Part shown: one piece after another, positions 62,204-64,000 of the stretch | How positions within the stretch are numbered: position 1 is the stretch's first letter | How the letters are laid out: each line of letters begins with the position of its first letter | Origin: Candidatus Magasanikbacteria bacterium UBA922 | GTDB lineage: Bacteria > Patescibacteriota > Patescibacteriia > Magasanikbacterales > UBA922 | Assembly: GCA_002293825.1 (NCBI GenBank) | Contig: DBDW01000009.1 | Span: 26,170 to 90,169 of the forward strand | DNA length: 64,000 nt | Reading direction: 5' to 3' | Notes under the pieces: model-generated | What the model saw: the letters and a program-made list of their open reading frames with translations, nothing else | Database searches by the model: none | What the model was told of the DNA's origin: nothing | Program-made: the position numbers and the translations under genes

Positions 62204-64000
62204 TTATTTTTTGGCATCCCATTCATACATCAAAATTGAAAAATCAACAGAATCTACACGACCATCAGCATTGATATCTACATACAAATTACGGAACGGT
62301 GGTGATGTCCTCCAAAAAGCAAGTAAGATAGAAAAATCAACTGAATTTACTTTTGTATCACGGTTAAAATCAGCTCGCTTATATGTAACATTGGTACTGG
62401 TATTTGTCTGAATCAATGGTGGAACAAATCCGGCTCCACCACCTCCACCACCCGACGGAGGCGTGGGAGGAGTCGTACCAGTAGCCGCAAATGTTCGCGA
62501 AGCACTGGATGATTCATCGCCAAAGTACACCACTAATTTAAAAAAATAATTACCTGCCTGAGGCACAGTAGCGCTTAAAACAGTATTAAAATCTTCACCA
62601 GGATTAATAAATTTTGCCGCAGAAGCATAATATACATCATTATTTCCACCACACGCATTTTCAACACTGGTCACCACGCACCATTCGTACTGATACTCAT
62701 ATCCACTCAGACCTTCATTAGTAATCGTGACATTTGCTGCAATTGTAGGAATTGTGGTATCAGAAACCGTATTAATCAATACCTGAGCAGGAGAAGACCC
62801 TACTGCCCAATAATCATTGGTTTGCAATGTTTTACCTACTTCTACCACAGAAGATATCACTGACTCCCAAAGACCGCCCTCAGCTCCATTTGGAACAGAA
62901 TAGGTGTATTCATACACTCCTGTACTCACAGGTGTCATTGCAACTCCCGAAACAACAGTGTTTCGAGTTGCATCATAAATAGTAATTGTTGGTGCGGTCA
63001 CCGGATTTGTTGGCTGTGTTTCTTTATTAGAAATAAATATTTTAGCTCGATATGTTTTTCCAGCAGCAATTGAATCCACGTCTGACATTCGAACCGTCCA
63101 CAGTGCATCTTGAGTAACAAGAGATGCTCGTGTGGAAAGCATTACATCCACATTATCCACCAATTGCTTTCCAATCGAACCAACAGTGGTCAAACTAGAA
63201 GACAATACATTCCACACATCAGCAGCAGTGATGTCATTACCATAATTGGTGAGGGTGCGCGCAGCATTACTCCAGACTGCAGCAGAAATTGTAGAAGTTG
63301 AGTAATCAGTGAGTGAACGCGTCGCCGCACTCCACACATCAGCAGCAGTGAGATTACTCGTACCACGAGTAGAGACCTGTGCATCGAGATTGTCAACAAT
63401 CAATTTTCCAATACTCCCAAATGAGGTCAGCGTATCAACACCTACTGACCATAAATCCTGAATAGAAGAACTTGTAAACTCAACGGTCGTTGAAACGGTT
63501 CTACCCGCATAGCTCCACACATCCGCAGCACTAATATTATTGAGTGCATTAATGAGTGCTCGATTTGCAAGTATTTCATCTAAAATTCGAGTGGTTGAAA
63601 CCGTCGTATTATCCGCCAACTGTTTTCCAATCGATCCAACACTAGTCAAACTAGAAGACAATACATTCCACACATCTGCTGCGGTGATGTCATTGCCATA
63701 GTTGGTGAGGGTGCGCGCAGCGTTACTCCAGACTGCAGCAGAAATTGTAGAAGTTGAGTAATCAGTGAGTGAACGCGTGGGAGCACTCCACACATCAGCA
63801 GCAGTGAGATTACTCGTACCACGAGTAGAAATTTGAATATCCACATTCTCTCCCAACTGTTTTCCAATTGATCCAACAGTAGTCAAGGCACCTGTAGGTA
63901 CAGACCAAATTGCAGACGCAATACTGGTTGTCGAATAATCCGTGAGAGATCGTGTGCCTGCCTGCCACACATCAGCAGCAGTGAGATTACTCGTACCACG
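62204..64000 (-). CDS. Large tandem-repeat protein with a C-terminal type-I dockerin module. Its N-terminus lies beyond the window end.
   Basis: The C-terminus has two dockerin Ca-binding segments, DFNRDTKVNSVDFSILLAFW and DINADGRVDSVDFSILMYEW, preceded by a TPPTPPSGGGGGG linker. Upstream there are three or more copies of a roughly 152-aa repeat (TAADVW..TRSLTDYS..). Confidence 0.6.
   Translation of the reverse strand, partial: RGTSNLTAADVWQAGTRSLTDYSTTSIASAIWSVPTGALTTVGSIGKQLGENVDIQISTRGTSNLTAADVWSAPTRSLTDYSTSTISAAVWSNAARTLTNYGNDITAADVWNVLSSSLTSVGSIGKQLADNTTVSTTRILDEILANRALINALNNISAADVWSYAGRTVSTTVEFTSSSIQDLWSVGVDTLTSFGSIGKLIVDNLDAQVSTRGTSNLTAADVWSAATRSLTDYSTSTISAAVWSNAARTLTNYGNDITAADVWNVLSSSLTTVGSIGKQLVDNVDVMLSTRASLVTQDALWTVRMSDVDSIAAGKTYRAKIFISNKETQPTNPVTAPTITIYDATRNTVVSGVAMTPVSTGVYEYTYSVPNGAEGGLWESVISSVVEVGKTLQTNDYWAVGSSPAQVLINTVSDTTIPTIAANVTITNEGLSGYEYQYEWCVVTSVENACGGNNDVYYASAAKFINPGEDFNTVLSATVPQAGNYFFKLVVYFGDESSSASRTFAATGTTPPTPPSGGGGGGAGFVPPLIQTNTSTNVTYKRADFNRDTKVNSVDFSILLAFWRTSPPFRNLYVDINADGRVDSVDFSILMYEWDAKK
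63183..64000. repeat. Tandem 456-bp coding repeats (about 95% identical cores) inside the dockerin-protein gene
   Basis: The roughly 200-bp core beginning at 63183 recurs beginning at 63639. A third partial copy lies near 63940-64000. Confidence 0.7.

Overview
This window reads as a low-GC (roughly 40% by eye), gene-dense bacterial chromosome segment with small-genome, CPR-like features. Those features include weak or absent Shine-Dalgarno sequences on housekeeping genes, a 5S-23S rRNA pair with no 16S gene, NYN, Smr and cohesin/dockerin genes, and a B12-dependent class II ribonucleotide reductase. The core content is housekeeping.

Housekeeping genes identified include glmS/glmU-like, class I fructose-bisphosphate aldolase, and a znuA/zur-znuCB zinc-uptake locus. 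The rRNA region carries 23S and 5S genes on the minus strand, with a roughly 340-nt group I intron inserted in the peptidyl-transferase loop of 23S (E. coli ~U2500). Further genes are rpsO-(NYN)-pnp, tsf-rpsB, rpmE, prfA...prmC, rplY, ftsW/rodA, gyrB, secE-nusG-rplK and, after a three-gene insertion, rplA. A complete thymidylate cluster follows: dCMP deaminase, a P-loop kinase, dut, thyA, folA and tmk. Other calls are gatB, miaA, uppS, a PduO-type cobalamin adenosyltransferase next to nrdJ, ruvB, efp-epmA, and five tRNAs (Leu-UAG, Leu-UAA, Gly-UCC, fMet, Gly-GCC).

The most striking accessory locus is a minus-strand operon at 59.7-64 kb. It encodes a large tandem-repeat protein ending in a type-I dockerin module, followed by two paralogous membrane-anchored proteins with cohesin-like N-terminal domains. 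This looks like a putative cellulosome-like cohesin-dockerin cell-surface system.

Separately, four short islands have visibly higher GC (roughly 50%) and strong AGGAG ribosome-binding sites that the surrounding genes lack, so they look horizontally acquired. They lie at about 14.2-15.4 kb, 19.8-20.55 kb, 25.95-26.8 kb and 33.5-34.4 kb.

Other notable items are a recurring ~20-nt motif upstream of gyrB, nusG and rplK, with an 18-bp tandem copy. The 3' end of tRNA-Gly(UCC) is duplicated 190 bp downstream, a possible att-site remnant. Two NrdR boxes sit upstream of nrdJ. Two small ORFs below the ORF-track length cutoff were found: secE, and a 45-aa Cys-rich zinc-ribbon protein.

All calls come from reading the sequence and ORF translations by eye; no searches were run.
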